Assembly: GCF_009914755.1 (NCBI RefSeq)
Contig: NC_060937.1
Source of the DNA: the human T2T-CHM13v2.0 reference genome, Homo sapiens
Direction: 5' to 3' (one strand)
DNA: 64,000 nt
Part shown: one piece after another, positions 1 to 16,258 of the stretch
Layout of the letters: each line of letters begins with the position of its first letter
Position numbering within the stretch: position 1 is the first letter of the stretch
Notes under the pieces: model-generated
What the model saw: the letters and a program-made list of their open reading frames with translations, nothing else
Told to the model about the DNA's origin: nothing
The model's database searches: none
Translations under genes and position numbers: made by a program

Positions 1-76
1 GTCTCATGAGTTTGTTATAAGTATTACATGTAATAATAAATATAGGCTGGCAAATAATATGTGATCAATAAATGCC

Positions 77-116
77 AGCAGTAGTAGTAGCAGTTGTTGT
101 TGTTGTTGTTGTTGTT
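77..116 (+). repeat. (AGT)n-(GTT)8 trinucleotide microsatellite
   Basis: Read directly from the sequence. Confidence 0.9.
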
Positions 117-3100
117 ACAATGTCTGTTCTATAAATGATGGAGTAAAGAAAAGAGAAATATATCCAAGCCAATGCAATTCCATTTGTTCTACCCTTCTAT
201 ATCGAGAAATTACTAAAACTATTGGCTTATTTATATGCACCAATTGCCAATAACACTAAAAAACTGAAAGCATTACTGCACAAAACTAGAATATGGGCAA
301 TTATGGAAAGTAATCTAAGTTTTATGATATCTGTAGAAGACAGGGTAATTGTTAAAGCTTTTATGAAAGCAAGTACAAACGTTAATTGCATATCTGTTGA
401 GATTGGCAGAGACATTCCGAAGTAGAATTTATGTAATATGCATTTCCTCTAAAATGGAGGCCTAATTGCTTAGTTATTCTAAATTGCAGAATGGAAAACA
501 AAGGAGCAGTTTTGGCCATGTGGGTAAACAACAGATTTCTAAAAGCTAATTATCTCTTTATTTAATAGACTGAAGTTGCACCAAATGAGACATTTAAGTC
601 TAATAAATAATAGACAAATTGTAACCTAAAGACTAAAATATAGGAGCTGCTCATACAGTTTTTATTGCTCCATTAAATAAGCTCTTATTTACTTCCCCCA
701 CAAAACATAATTACACAACACTGGGTCCATTTCAAGGCCATTTTGATCTGCTATTTAAAAATGATGTGAATCAACCTACATACTCAGGAAGTCTTAAAGT
801 ATAATATTGAATTCTGTTATCAAATGCCCTATTTGTGTCCATGATTAAGAAACAGAAATGGAATTAAGAAAAAGTTGTGCATAATCACATAAAATTATTA
901 CTACTACTTGCCTTACTAGAAATGATTACACTTAAGAAGAGTTATGCATTTTAAATTAATAACCACTAGGGTCTATGCTTAGTAGTTTTCATGTCAGATG
1001 AATAGGTACTTTTTAAAATAAAATAGTTCAAACTCAAGCATCAACCTTAGACATTTACTCAAAATTTATATGTTGATTAAATAAAGACATCATGAAAATG
1101 TAACTTGCTTGTTTATGTAATACCAAAACATTCAACAGAAATAACCAAAACTGTGTATGTGAATATTTAAGAGACCTTCAGGTTCATCATTTAAAAAAAA
1201 ATGAGAAAACAAAAACGAAAAACATCATGTTTTAACACTATAACATGAAAATAGGAGACTGCTTTCTTAGTTTGGTTGCTCAGAAGGATTTTTAATGCTT
1301 CATTTTTCTTCTTGGAGAAATTTAGTCCACTATTTTTATCTTTATTTTCATTCTATTAACAAAAATCACATTCTGAAATGATAGTGATAGTAAATAATAG
1401 TAGATTTGGAAATAGTTGCCTGTTCTCTTGCTGAGGGCAAGTAATGATTTACTATGGGTAAGAAAGAACAGGAATTTAATTTACTGTGCTACCTCAGATA
1501 GTGATACAAGAATTTCTACACCTGTGAAAAAATTCAGTTCTTATTTGCATGGAGAAAATACTAAAGCCATGAAAATATATGGAAGGAAGCTCCCTGTGGG
1601 TTTATGGCAGAGTTATGTGAAGATTTCTCTCTTCCTCCATCATCCAGGGGTATGTGCCTTACATATGAAAATAAGCTAAAACAAAAAGTTCCTGGCCCAG
1701 TGAGGTAACAAAACACTAATGTAAATTCAATAATTCACCCTTCCACATTCTTTTAAGGCTGAGAAAGTCGGGCTAAAAATTTCTACGAAGATTTGAGCAG
1801 TACCATGTTCTGTACTAAAATATAACACCTGCGAAGAAAAATTACATAAAGTTTCAACTGATCCTCACAATGTTTAAAAAACACACCATATTAGCACATA
1901 TAGTACAGCTTATAAGCCTGGTTATCCAAAAACCACATACACTAATTATATAAATCTTTCCAACTTCTGAGGATTTTTATTAAACAATATTTAAACTAGA
2001 AAGTTTGATACATACTAATAGTCTCCTTAGTTCTCTGAGACCAAATTTTGTTACTACCACCAGCCTAAGCAGTCTCCATCTCATTATCCTATCTTATTTT
2101 AGTTCCTGTAAATTATTATCTGACATTATTTTATATATTTGGTTATTTGAAGCACTCATTAGAATTTTAAACTTCATTACAGCAGGAACCTTTTTATTCT
2201 TATTTATCACTGTAATCTCAACATATAGAAAAAAACTTGATGAATAAAAGAACAATAAAAAGTGGCCTTGCTATATTTCGTTTTTTACCAATAAAATAAT
2301 AATAGAAATGATAACACATATTTTTATAATAGTACAATGTCTTTATTGAAGATCATATTTGTCAAATATCATATGCATAAAATTCAATGTATCAATTTAA
2401 AAGTATAAAAAACTGATATTTAACATATTTTCAGTAATTAAGTGCTAAATTAGATACACTAGTAACCTCTATTTCATAAAACCTTCAAATGTTATAAAAA
2501 TCATGACTTGACAAAAAGCATATTCTACATATAATATGGAAAAAAGTTGACTGTATTATTTGTGATTTTTTTAAAAATGAAAAAAGTTATCAATAAATAA
2601 GCATGTAGTAATATATTTGTTATATGGTTATATGACTCACTTGGTAATAAGAGTTACTGTAAGAAATCAAATGCTTTGTTCTTCTACATTAATAATTGTG
2701 TTGATTTTAAAGGAAAACTAAGGACCATTCAGAATCATCATCATTTATTGGGGTTTTAGAAGAGGTCTTTCACTTTGGTGAGAAAAATATGTGTTTACAA
2801 ATATTATGAAATTTGGGCTATTATCCCTAGATTATTTTAAATCCCACAGTCTGAAAAAAAAATTCAAAGTTGACTTGCAAAAATTTCAAACGTTTTTAAA
2901 AGACAAAGTCTCACAGTAGCTTCTTAAATCATAGCTGTTTCAGCATGTTGTATCAAATGAGTTCAATTACATCTATAGCAAATTCATATGTATGATATAG
3001 ACATAGCACATATCTGTATTTATTTTACAGATATATTACTTTAAACTTACCTATTTTAATATCATTTATATAAATCTAAGTTACTCAGACTATGCTCTGC

Positions 3101-3399
3101 AGAGGGCACCCCTGAAAAATGTTAAAATGTATGATGCGTATGTACCTCAGCAAATTACAGGTTTGGAAAGTCCTATTGGGTGAAGATTTTACATTTACTT
3201 GAGGCCCACCGATGTTAATTTGCAGACCATGTTTAGGAAGAGATAGTACAGAAAAAGTCTAATAAAATAATCCAATAGGTCAAATAAGATGAGCTCTATG
3301 ATTAACGAAAGATATAATAAAACGTTTCTTTAAATCTATTGTTAAAATTAAAAACATTCAAGCTTTTTTTAAAATTAAGAAAAGAAGGTAATGTCATCA

Positions 3400-4490
3400 A
3401 CATAAAATTACCTATTTTAAAGAAACATAAACCAGCTATTAAACACAATTGATGGCTAAATATTAGAATGCTTTTGGTAAAATTTAGAAACAGATCCTTT
3501 TATATTAAAACCTATATATCAAATATATGATTAAGGGAAGATTATAAATAAGTAGAGTACAGTCATATTATAAATAATCAAAACTAGAAAAGAAATGAAG
3601 TTGATATGAAATCAGTGAAAGGATGATTTTCTAAACTTAAAGGTGACAGAAAAAAATCACAAAGGCAAATATTAAAACATCATAGAATGAAAATAAAAGT
3701 TTTATATATATCAAGATATAGAAATAAAAAAGCCACATTAGAAGGAGGTATTTAAAATGTAAATATGAATACATACTGAGCTAACTTGTACAAATCAATA
3801 AGAAAAAGATAACAATTCACAACAGAGGAACTAAAAATGAACTTATAAACGCTTTTTAAAAGTCCAACTTTAGTAATACTCAAAGAAATGCAAATTAAGA
3901 TAATAAAACATAATTTTAAAATCTATAAAATTAGCAAAAATCTTAAAAAATAAGAATATTCAACCAAGGCACAATCATAACCCAATGTTGAAAGTTGAGA
4001 AAATTAAAGTTATGCTTCTGAAAATCAGTTTGTAAGTATGCATCAAAAGTCTTAAAAATATCCTTTTCTATTCCATGTCCAATAAAATAATTACAAACAT
4101 TTTCTATTTATGGACAAAAAGATTAATCACATTGAAAAGTCAGCAATAACTATTGTTCCATGACTTCATTACTGACTAATGCAAGTTAAATTGTATATGG
4201 CACAACCAGTGGAATCAATCATATATATATTAAAAATTATAAGAATTACAAGCTATGAATAACATGAAACATTCAAAAGTTCAGCAACATAAAGTGAGAC
4301 ACTGAATTGCATATTTACTAGGATCATAGCTACTATTAGAAGGCAGAAAAATTTAAAACTGAAAGAACAGTGTGCAGAAATGTTTACAGTGATTTTTTGG
4401 ATAGGAAGATTATGGGTAACAGCCTTTTGATCTACTATTTTTTAGGTGTTTTCGATAATGTAAATAAATTTGAGAAATAAACTTATTCTT
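3400..4490 (+). mobile_element. Ancient L1M (L1ME-like) fragment
   Basis: A-rich degenerate ORF2/3' motifs such as AAAGAAATGCAAATTAAGA...AAAATTAGCAAAAAT; boundaries approximate. Confidence 0.6.
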
Positions 4491-4733
4491 AAAAGTGAAA
4501 GCTTCCTTAGGGAGACATAAATTTAAATTAAAACATCACTGACATTACATTGGAAGTTTTATTAGAATTTCTTTGCCCTATCAAGTTTCAATCTTTCAAA
4601 TTGGTATAAGAGAGAATTACTGAGACACTCTGTGTGATCAGACCCTGGGCAAAACCCACAAACAATACATCCAATCTGCCATCTAGCAACTCATCTAGAT
4701 AACTATAGACAACGCTAAAAGAGCTAATGTTCA

Positions 4734-5030
<297 letters not shown>

Positions 5031-5519
5031 AGCTAATGTTCAAACACCAGAATCTTCTGTAAATTAGGAAGTAATATATTAATTTAAAATTCTTTCCAGA
5101 AGCATATTTTAAAAATAAATACTAAATCTTTCTGATCTCCATTTTTATTCATACTTAAAAATAATTCTGAGAATATTCCCTGAATTTCAAATATAAACAA
5201 GAAATTGTGCTTAGATGATTTTTCTTCCCAGGAAGAAACAAGTGCAATACATTAAGGTACTCGTTTCGCTTTAGTAAGCATAAAAATATACCTGTAAAGT
5301 GAAAGTAAAGAAGGCAAAGTAGGCATCTCTGTCTATTCCTGGGGAAACCTTAGGTGAATTTGCAACCCTGAATTGTAAACTATGGTGATTTAGCAGTGAA
5401 GCGGATGGATTTTAATTAAAGCCTTGTTCAATCCTTACTGACTTGGAAGTAGAAAAGCCAAATTTTTCAGGGAATGAAAATATAACTATATTTTACATAA
5501 TTCTTTTGCTTCTAAATAA

Positions 5520-5931
<412 letters not shown>

Positions 5932-6300
5932 TGAAGAAACCGGGTTACATGTCCTATAGAATTTTCCACAGTCCATTTCTGACAGTTACTTTATTAACTG
6001 ACATACATTATTAAAGATTGATTATTGAGGTAGTAATTAAAGAAACGTGAATACGCTGGAACGAAAACAGCATAACAGAGGACCAAATCACCTATGACCA
6101 ACACTGGAATGAAGACACTACACTACTCGTTAGTAAATGGAAGGGAAAGAAGACCATAAAGAAAGAATTGTTCTATGGTTTAATTACAGAAACAAGTGGT
6201 TGTATTTTCCTTTTTCACTAAGTTCATTAATATACTAATAAAGCAGCCCATATAAATCTTAAGTATACATAGAATAAATAACAAATTTGATAGTACTCAC

Positions 6301-6436
6301 CAGTCTTCATTTCTAATAAACGCTTTTTCTTTTGTTGGCGTTCGAGTCTTTCTCGCTCTGCTAATTCTTTAGCTATTCTGACACGTTTTTCTTTTTCCTC
6401 TGCTTCTCTTTTTTTGATATTCTCCTTTATTGCTTG
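6301..6436 (-). CDS. DIAPH3: DIAPH3 coding exon (probably exon 25), 136 nt, charged helix preceding the DAD
   Basis: tttttgtaatag|CAAGCAATA...AAGACTG|gtgagt; QAIKENIKKREAEEKEKRVRIAKELAERERLERQQKKKRLLEMKT+G, matching the DIAPH3 protein as recalled. Confidence 0.96.
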
Positions 6437-6973
6437 CTATTACAAAAAATTTTGAAAAATGATCAATTTTAACCAGTGATTCATCCCGCAAAATGGAAAG
6501 TTATCTATTTGAAAATATGCTTAAGGTAGAAACATGATTATCTTTTAGATAATGGTGAGTTATGTTAGTAATACAGTCTTCTAAAAGGTATGCACAGAAA
6601 CCCTTGTTAACTATGTTATGTATCTATAAATACGACTGTTATTAAACTTAAACCTGCATCTTTAAAACATCCACATCTTGATGGAATTAACTACCTAAAA
6701 GGGAGATGGGAGACAGAAACTGAAAATAAAAAAAAAACTAATTCACAAATCAAAACTGTTTTCTCATATACATTTCCAAAAGTGTCTAGCAACTGAATTA
6801 GGGTTTTCCACATCTTCTTTGCAAAGCAAATTATCAAGTACAAGAAAAATTATCAAATTAAAGACATAATAAAAGAAGTGAAATCTTGTAGTGGCTACTT
6901 TTTATTACAATCATATATGAATTTTTCTAATATAGAGAGAAATGTCGTAAAGGTAACTAAAGAAATATTTCTT

Positions 6974-7351
<378 letters not shown>

Positions 7352-7753
7352 TCAATAGATATGTGATTATTTGTTTAATTTCTTATTTCTTAAGTGTTAT
7401 ACACATCAAGAAATACCTCTCATGTGGCATTAAGGGGAATTAGCAGGTAAACATGGGATTTTTAAGTGCCAACAAAGAGAGTAACATTATATTAAACACC
7501 AATGAAACCAAACAGGTTAACACATTGGACGTTTATCACCACTGGTATTAAATAGAAAAGTGTGTAATTAAACTATAACAAGTAGGTGGCTTATGTTGTT
7601 TCGGGAGAAGGCTTTTATATCTTTACTGTGGTATTCTTTATTTTAACCCTAGAGTTAGTACAAGTTCTTCATTAAAAATCAAATAATAAAGTTTAATATT
7701 TTTGACCAACAACAAAAAGAAACAAAAAGCACAGAGTAGAGGGGACAGTAACT

Positions 7754-7842
7754 CATGCATGCATGCATGCATCCATCCATCCATCCATCCATCCATCCAT
7801 CCATCCATCTATCCATCGATCCATCCATCCTTCCATCTATCC
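7754..7842 (+). repeat. Compound (CATG)n(CATC)n tetranucleotide repeat
   Basis: Read directly from the sequence. Confidence 0.95.
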
Positions 7843-8049
7843 AATTAATACTTACTCTGGGACTACTAAATAGTATTGTTGTAAAGTAGGGGAGAAAAAA
7901 AAAGAGAGAGAGGAAAGGAAGGCGGAGAGGGGAGAAGGAAGAGTGCATAAGAGAGCACACTAAAACAAGTTTACATTCTATATGGTAGGGTGCGGCAGGA
8001 GGCAGAGATAAATAATAAATAACAACAACAAAATAAGAGTGCCGTGATA

Positions 8050-8348
8050 GCATTCCTGAGGGGTTACTTTACATTAGGTAGTTAGATAAGGTCTCACTCT
8101 GACTTGATTCAAGCTGAATCTTAAATGTCAAGGAGCTAGGTAAGTGATGATCTAGAACACATCAGGCAGAGGGAAGTGCTAATGCAAAGGTTGCTGTTGG
8201 GTTTAGGAGACAGAAGGCCAGTATAAAGGTATAAGATGAGGTCAGGGAGGTATGCTGAGGCCTGATCCCTCAGGATCTTCTAGGCCAAGACAGGGAGGTT
8301 AGATTTTCTTTTAAGCGTTCTGGAAAATGACTAGAGATTTTCAAGCAA
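8050..8348 (-). mobile_element. L2 fragment
   Basis: CAGGCAGAGGGAAG...GCAAAGG, GATGAGGTCAGGGAGGTA motifs. Confidence 0.6.
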
Positions 8349-8366
8349 GTGCAAAACTACGTACAC

Positions 8367-8794
8367 TGAGATACAAGAACCAACCAAGCACCTTTGTTTC
8401 GAACTATCTTTTCAAAGATATTTGCATAATGAACAGAAGATAGAGGTAGTATCTCCCTCCTAAGCTAAGGGGTTTGTTACTGCCCAGAATGATAAACTGG
8501 AGCAAAGGCTGGACAGTCTTACTACCTATTATAAAAGACTGCATTCCCTAAATTCAGGATTTCCCTCCGATGACACAAACCACTGTGTATATAAGTGTCA
8601 CCTGTCCCTTTCCTATAGCCCTGTGGGAGTACGGGCGCAGAAACCTAAAAAAAAAAAAAAGTTTAATCTGGCTATTGCTATTGTGTGAGTAGCAAAGGAT
8701 TCTTTGTCTCTGACCCCACATCCATGAAATGGTGTCAAGTTAACTTGTTAGCCTGTTAGTAGGTAAACTCTCAAACTCTTCACAGTTCTTGACA
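8367..8794 (+). mobile_element. Solo ERV LTR (LTR47-like; family tentative)
   Basis: TG...CA termini; internal TATAAAA; 3' end CTCTTCACAGTTCTTGACA. Confidence 0.55.
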
Positions 8795-9078
8795 TATATA
8801 AACGCTAGTTATTATTGCTAAGCTATAAAATACCAGCTGCAATACTAGATACTTTAATGTGCAATCCCTTTAATTCTCAAATTGGATTCTGCATTCTCTA
8901 ATCTGGCCCAGAGTGGTTAAGTACTTGTTTACTGTAATAAAAGTAGTAAGAGGCAGTAAGTTGCAAGATTTGAAAGCTAGCTACAGTCAGTGGTTTTCCA
9001 CCATATTGCTTCATATTATGGTCATGTATATTAAGAGGCAGCTATGAGACAAAAGTTGTAATAAAAATCAACATAAGA

Positions 9079-9382
9079 GGCTGGGCACGGTGGCTCATGC
9101 CTGTAATCCCAGCACTTTCGGAGGCCAAGGCGGGTGGATCATGAGGTCAGGAGATTGAGACCATCCTGGCCAACATGGTGAAACCCCGTCTCTACTAAAA
9201 ATACAAAAATTAGCTGGGTGTGGTGGCACACACCTGTAGTCCTAGCTACTCAGAGGCTGAAACAGGAGAATCACTTGAACCTGGGATGCAGGCGGCAGAG
9301 GTTTCAGTGAGCCGAGATCACACCACTGTACTCCAGCCTGGCAACAGAGCAAGACTCTGTCTCAAAAAAAAAAAAAAAAAAA
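9079..9382 (+). mobile_element. Alu (AluSc-like)
   Basis: Full dimer; TSD core TCAACATAAGA on both sides. Confidence 0.95.
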
Positions 9383-11133
9383 TTCAACATAAGAAAGGTA
9401 GGAGAAGATAATCATGGGTTCAAAGACAAGTGAGTATATCTGTATGTGTGTGTGCATGTATACTCATGTATGTATCTATAAGGGAGATGGGGTAAGAAGA
9501 TAGGTTGTGATAGAGAAAGGAAAAGCAAATATTCAGGAATGAAAATTCTATTTCTTGCTTGAGAGAAATGAACAAGATGAACCTACAATAAATAAATAAT
9601 ATATCATGTAGCTTATTTATGAGTCTAATTAAGGTATAACATTTTCTGATGTGAATTTTCTACTCTAATGACTGAATACATTTAAATGTGAGTACATAAT
9701 AGGCAATCTGCTATCAGATATAATTGCCACACCCTTTTAGCATTCCCATGGGTAATAAAAAGTGAAAATTACTTTTCCAAGACCTATAAAACAATGTTTA
9801 CATTTAGAAATAAGGTCTAAAGGAGTTCTTAAACCTATTTTGTTTCATGAAAAATGCACTATTGATTTTCATTTAAAAGCCTACTTCATTTAAAACATAC
9901 CATATTCTGATATTGTAACTATTAGGAGAAGAATTTTAGCTGAAAAAATACCAATAGAGAGCACAGAAATAGGTGAGTCTGAGACTAATATCCGAGTTCA
10001 AACAGTAATTTGAGATTTTCTTTTATTCTAAATGTTAAGAAGTAAAAGTAGCTTAAAACAGAAAAACTGAATAATTAAATGAGAACAACATTTTTCTGGA
10101 TATGACTGCCTCTTAGTGACTTCCATCCTAAATTTGAATTAAGAAAGAAAAGTTAAGGGTTAGCCAGATATAAAGACAATTGGCTATAAGACATTGATTT
10201 TTTAAAACCATCATCTTTTCTTGACCTTGTTTTATATTTAGTCAGCTGGCAAATAAACCGCACTGCCTCCAACTACTTTCAGCTACACTTTGCCTAAAGA
10301 AATTCTTTGAGTGTTACTTGCCAGACAGAGTTTGGTGCAACCCCCTTACCCTCCAAGTGGAATGATAACCACCATTCTATTCTCCATTTCTATAAGTCTG
10401 ACTTTTTTATATACCACACGTAAGTGAGATCATATTATGGTATTTGTCTCTCAGTGAATGGCTTATTTCACTTAATATAATGTCTTCTGGTTTCATCTAT
10501 GTTGTTGCAAATGACAGAATTTCCATTTTTTCATTTAAGTCTGAATAGTATTCCATTGTGTATATGAACCACATTTTAAAAATCCATTCATTCATTGTTG
10601 GAATCAACATTTTTGAACAGTATGAGTTGGAGATCCAATTCACTTTTGCCCATCCTTTCTCCAATAATATGCAAAGTCACTTCTTTTGGATTTCAATTAG
10701 CACATGTGTGTTGCTTCATTTTATGGCTGTTTTAGTCCATTTGATCAATATAACCATGTCTCTAAGAATAATACTCTATTTTAATTATTAAGGCTTACAT
10801 CTTATTTTTCTTACTTAGGAATGCCTTCTGTATCCTTGGGCCTTTGCTCTTCCATCTGTATTTTAGAATAGACTTGTTAAGTTTCATTGAAAAGGACTAT
10901 AAGCATTTTTAATTGATATCTTCACAATTTTGAGTCTTCTGTGAACAGCATGTGGCTTTTTATTAACTTGGATCTTTAAAAAAAGCTTTAGAAAAAAACT
11001 CATTTTCTCCATTCAGGTCTTGGACATTTTTGTTAGATTTACTCTCTATACATTTCTTTTGCTATTGTAAATGGTGCCTTCTTCAAAAACAATGATTTCT
11101 ATTGTTTTATAACATATAAAAATGTAATTTTTA

Positions 11134-11260
11134 CTTTTTGTAGAGATGGGGGTCTTGATAATATTGTCTAAGCTGGTCTTGAAATCCTGGGTTCAAGTGA
11201 TCCTCTCACCGTAGCCTCCCAATGCGCTGGGATTACAGGGATGAGCCACCACACCCAGCC
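11134..11260 (-). mobile_element. FLAM/Alu left monomer
   Basis: Monomer flanked by TSD AAAAATGTAATTTTTA (11118-11133, 11263-11278). Confidence 0.85.
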
Positions 11261-13541
11261 TAAAAAATGTAATTTTTATATATGCTACTGATAATTTTTC
11301 TTATTATTTCTGATAGTTTTCCTATAGGATTTGTTTTTGCTATTCATAGAGTGCTATAATGTCAGCTTGATTTTCTCCCTTTTCAATCTTTACATTTTCA
11401 ACTCCTACTTGTCTTATCTTGCTATACTGACTAGGAGTTAGATTCTAAGTATTAGGTTAAAGGGTTTCCTTTGACTCCTTTCCTACTTTGGAGTAGGGTG
11501 GAGGGTTAAATTAGTTCATGGTTCTTGTTTTGAAATCTGAATAGGATTTTCTGACTTGACTGAGAGAAATTTCACAATTTTTTTTCCCATTAGACTCAAT
11601 ATAGTGAATTATATTTATGAATATTCTAATATTAAGCCATACTTTCACTTCTAGGATAAACTCAATTTGGACAGGAAGAATTTATCTTTTTGAACATTTA
11701 GTCATAAAATACATTTTTGTATTCCATTTGTTTGAGATAATCATTTCATTAAAATTTGGTAAAATGTATCTGAAAAACTTCTAGGCCAAGTATTTATTTC
11801 AAAGATTAAAAGTCATTAAAATCAAAATTAGTTATAGAACTATTCATGCTTTCTATTTCTTTTAAAGTAATTTCAGTAAGTTATTTTTGTCTAGGAACTT
11901 ATCCATTTCATTTACCTTTTCCAATACTATCCTACAAATTTTTACAGAAAGCTCCTCTCTTTTTACTATTTTCTGTATCTTTAGTTATGTTCCTTTTTAT
12001 ATCCTCAATATTATTTATCTTCTCTTTTTCTTGATTAATCTTTTTAGCAATATATCTAATTAACTTGTCTTTTCAGAATAACCTCATTTTTGCCTTTTAT
12101 GTCACTTTTTCTTTCATTTAATCTTTCATATCCCTCCTTCTGGTTTCTCTAGGATCATATAAATCCTTTTTAAATTTCTGAAGTCAGATGTTTTTAAGTC
12201 TTTCTGATAAAAGTTATTTTATTGATACATAATACATGTACATATTTTGGGGGTACATATGATAATCTGATACTTTTATATAATGTGTAAAGATCAAGTC
12301 ACGGTAATTGGAATATCCATAACCTTAAATATTTATCTTTTATATATGTAGGAACATTTGACTTATTCTCTTAAGCACATATGGTATAAATTTATACCAT
12401 TTTTACTGCATCCAGCAAAGTCTAATGTGGGGTATTTTCAATATTGTTCAGGTATAACTGTTTTCTATGATTTCATCTTTGACATATGACTTTTTAAATG
12501 TGTTTTTAGAATTTTCAAACTAGAGGTTTTAAAATTTCATCCTTTTAATTTTATTTCTAATTTCATGTCATTGTGGTCAATAAATAAATAAAACTGGCAC
12601 TGAAAAATGTATTGAGATTTCATGGTCTCTAGTATGTAACCAATTTTATAAAAGTTCAACTTGTGCATGAAAAAATGTGTATTCTTTAATTATCGAGTTT
12701 GAATTCTATATACACTAATCAAATCAAGTCTGTTAATTGTTTAACGCTTGTCTTTAATGATATTTTTCTGCTTATCAGTAAGTTAAAGAACTTTGTTGAC
12801 ATTTCCTAACATAATCCTAAATCTGTCAACTTATCGATATAGTTTATTAATTTTTACAATGTCATTTTGGGGCTATGTTATTAGGCACATACCATTTTTA
12901 AATTGTTGTATCTTTCACGTGAATTAAGCTTTTTGTTGTCATGAAGTAATTAATGTCTTGAGTCAATTGTACCTATTAACATAGTTTCCCTTTCTTCTGA
13001 TTAATAGTTGCCTTGTATTTCATTAACTGTCCTGTTACTTCAAACATTTCTATATCCATAGGGTAAAGGGAGGTCTCTTATAAACAGCATAAAACCAGAT
13101 TTTATTTTTTATACGATATTACAGTCCTTTAAAAAATTTATTGTGATTTATAAAATGTTTGTTTCCATCTATTTGTCTAGCTTTAGTTATGCCTTTATTT
13201 TTCCTGATTTTTTTTGGTGTATCCTTCTTAGTCTATTTCTCTCACTACAGTTTAGAATTTATACTTGATATTTCTATCCTTTCACTGGTTATCCTTGTAT
13301 TTTTATTACACAAATAAATTTTTAGCAACTTAACAAGACCTAAAGTTAATTAATATCTGTATCTCCCTTTCTCCCTTGACTAAAATAAAGAAAACCCAAA
13401 TTCTAAATCTCTCTCACTCAATTTATAAATTTATGTAACATTGTTTTATTGTGTACTTTCTTTACATTTGTTTTCATAGTACCTATGGCTTCCTGTCTCT
13501 CAATCTGTTTTTTGTTGCTTCTTTAAATACAACCTTTAGAG

Positions 13542-13744
13542 CAGAGGCTATCGAACTATAATCCTTAGATTGACCATGTATTTTGTAAACAAAGTTTTAC
13601 TGGTACATAGCCACAGCCGTTTATTTACATATTGGATATGGCTGCTTTTGCACTGTTACACGAGAGTTGCCACAGAGACTGTATTGCCTGCAAACCTGAA
13701 ATATTTACTATCTGGCTATTTAAGAAAAAGTTTTCCAGTCTCTG
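13542..13744. mobile_element. MER58A (hAT-Charlie MITE)
   Basis: TTTTGTAAACAAAGTTTTACTGG...CCTGAAATATTTACTATCTGG; CAG...CTG ends. Confidence 0.8.
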
Positions 13745-16258
13745 AAAAAAAATCTTTTAACATAAGGATGTTGATGAAAAACACTTTTGTTTCCTGTTTA
13801 TCTACAAATAGTAGATAATTCCACCTGTGCTCTATAAAGATCTTTTGCTGGATACCCCAAATTAGAAGAACATTTATGTTTGTGCATCACTTAAAGATCT
13901 CACTCTCTTCAGCCTTCCATTTTTGCAATAAGTAATCTGTATCTAATTGTTGTTGCTTTGGGGGTCATATCTTTTCTCTCTGGCTGCAATTTTTTTTTTG
14001 GCTTTAGTGTTCTGCAGCTTCATTATTTATTTGAAGTGAGTCTCATTTTATTTATCTGGCTTTGTATAAGTTGTATTTCCTATTCTATGGATTGCTGATC
14101 TGGAAAATTCTAAGCCACCATTTTGAATATTGTCTTTCATTCTTTTTGAGTCTATTCTTCTGGGACTTTATACAAGTGGTAGGCCTTGTCATCCTGTTCT
14201 CCATGTTTCTTAAGAAGTATTTTACACTTCTAATTATACTGTCCCCCTGGTTTGCATTCTGGACAATTTATTTAGATGTATTGTGCAAATTCACCATTTC
14301 TTTCCTTAAGTGAGCATAACCTGCTCTTTAATCCATTGAATGTTAAATTTCAACCACCACACTTCCATTTCCATACATTCTATTTGCTTTTTTCAAAACT
14401 GCTCCTTTTTAGTATTCTCCTGTTACTTTTTCTCTTTTTAAAAATTTCATGTTCTATTTCCTTAAATATTTCATATATTGTTACTAAATATCTGGGGTCT
14501 TGGAGGCCTATATGTATTACTTTTTCTGATCATTTCACCAAACAATCCCTTGTTTCTTTGTGTGTTTGGTGGTTAGGATTGAGTGTTCTTACTTAATTGA
14601 ACTTAATTTGTGAGAATCTTGAGGACCTAAATTGTAACTGTCCTCTGGCACAGATTTGAATTTGCTTCTGTAAATAGCCAGGGATCATTTCTAACCTGAA
14701 TAACTTTAATTTGCTTTTGTCACAGGTTTATTGTAAACATTTTATTCATTGTATTCACCAAGTTGTAGTCTTGGTTTTCATTCCCAGGGCAGGCCTAACT
14801 TTCCCCTTTGCTCACCTGTGCTTATTGTTCAGGTTTCAACTTCATTCTTTCTCTTTAACCACTTTTGCCTTGGAGATTTCCCTAATTTTCTCACAGGACA
14901 GCCACGTTTTTAAAATAGTTTGTTGTATTTTGGTGGGATGGATTTTTAAGAGTCCCTAGTAAATCGTATTGTGATAAGCAAAGTCCTCAAAAGTATATTG
15001 TTTTATAGGGTTGAACAACACAGATATCTTATTTCTAAAAAACGTTCATATAATGTAGCAGTTCTCATACAGTATGTATTTCGGGGGATACTTTATACAT
15101 GTGTGTTTCATGACCCAAAGGTTGCAAACAAACAAACAAAAAAAGGGTAATTGGACAGCCATATCAAATGAGTCCTGAACAAGCACTCAAAAAAATACTG
15201 TGGAACTGAAGATCAAGAATGCCTTCAAGAATACATTAAGTATGACATTTCATCACTTTTAGAAGTTGTAAAAAAAAAAAAAATCAATCTGAGCTTATTG
15301 CTGCATATTATAAAGACAGTATAATAAGAGGGTAGAAATTGAAATCATATTGTTTGGTTTAAATAACCACCTAGCACTAAATAGCTGTGTGACTATGCCT
15401 CAGTTTCCTCTACTGTAACATGGACAAAATAGTGCCTGCAATACAAGGATATTTTAAGAAATAAATGAAATAATGAATGTAAATAGCTTATATCATTGCC
15501 TCACACATAAATTTTAGCCCTATATAAATGTTAACAAGTAAGTATTATTATTTCTTTACAATAACATCAACAATTTTTTATTATTACAGTACCATTAATG
15601 AAGTGCCTCAAACACATTTATCCAGCAACAATTCAAGAAAAAAACATATGCTGGCTTATATCAATTATATATGCTTCCATCAAACATATGGGGGAGTGCC
15701 AATTTTCATAGTTCCTATAAGAATATGAATGCTTTCTATTCAGAGATATTGGAATACGATGGTACACTGAGCTGATCAGGAGTAAAATGGTTGCATCCAA
15801 TACAAGCTGCATCACTTGGCAGGAAAGCTATAGTGGTAAATTAAATATGGAAGGCAAGATGTAGTTCTCAACCTCAAGTCTAGCTATTATACCTCTGAAG
15901 ATTTAATTTACATATATATGCACATTGTTTTTAATATTCTAAATCTAATGTTCATTATGAGATTTCATTCTGGAAAAAAAGAGTTAGCTTTCCTGTGTTT
16001 TCTCCACGAAAGTACTACTTTCACTTGAAATTAGATATTCCTAAAAAATTAACTTAAAACACTGCCCAATAATGCAATTAACATTTGTTTTATATTTTTC
16101 CCTAAAAGTGCAATTTAAAAAATCAATGTGCATTTTCCCCTCCTTCTAAAAAAAGCATTATAAACAGCCTATATTCCAAATAGGCCTTTACTTGACAGGT
16201 ATATCAGTCTTATTTTATGTTATAAAATAAAATTTTAATAAAACAAAATATAAAAATG

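Larger units (their letters stand above)
10340..14980 (-). mobile_element. Composite old L1 region (L1MA-like 3' end plus long L1M body, interrupted by younger inserts)
   Basis: GTGAGATCAT...TGGCTTATTTCACTTAATATAATG...GAATAGTATTCCATTGTGTATATG at 10420-10570, then T-rich degenerate L1M; second L1MA 3' end near 12215-12370. Confidence 0.7.

Noticed and set aside
3040-3060. AG|GTAAGT on the gene strand (also near 54090 and 54610) as recursive splice sites
   Set aside because: No polypyrimidine tract precedes the AG, and no convincing partner acceptor was found
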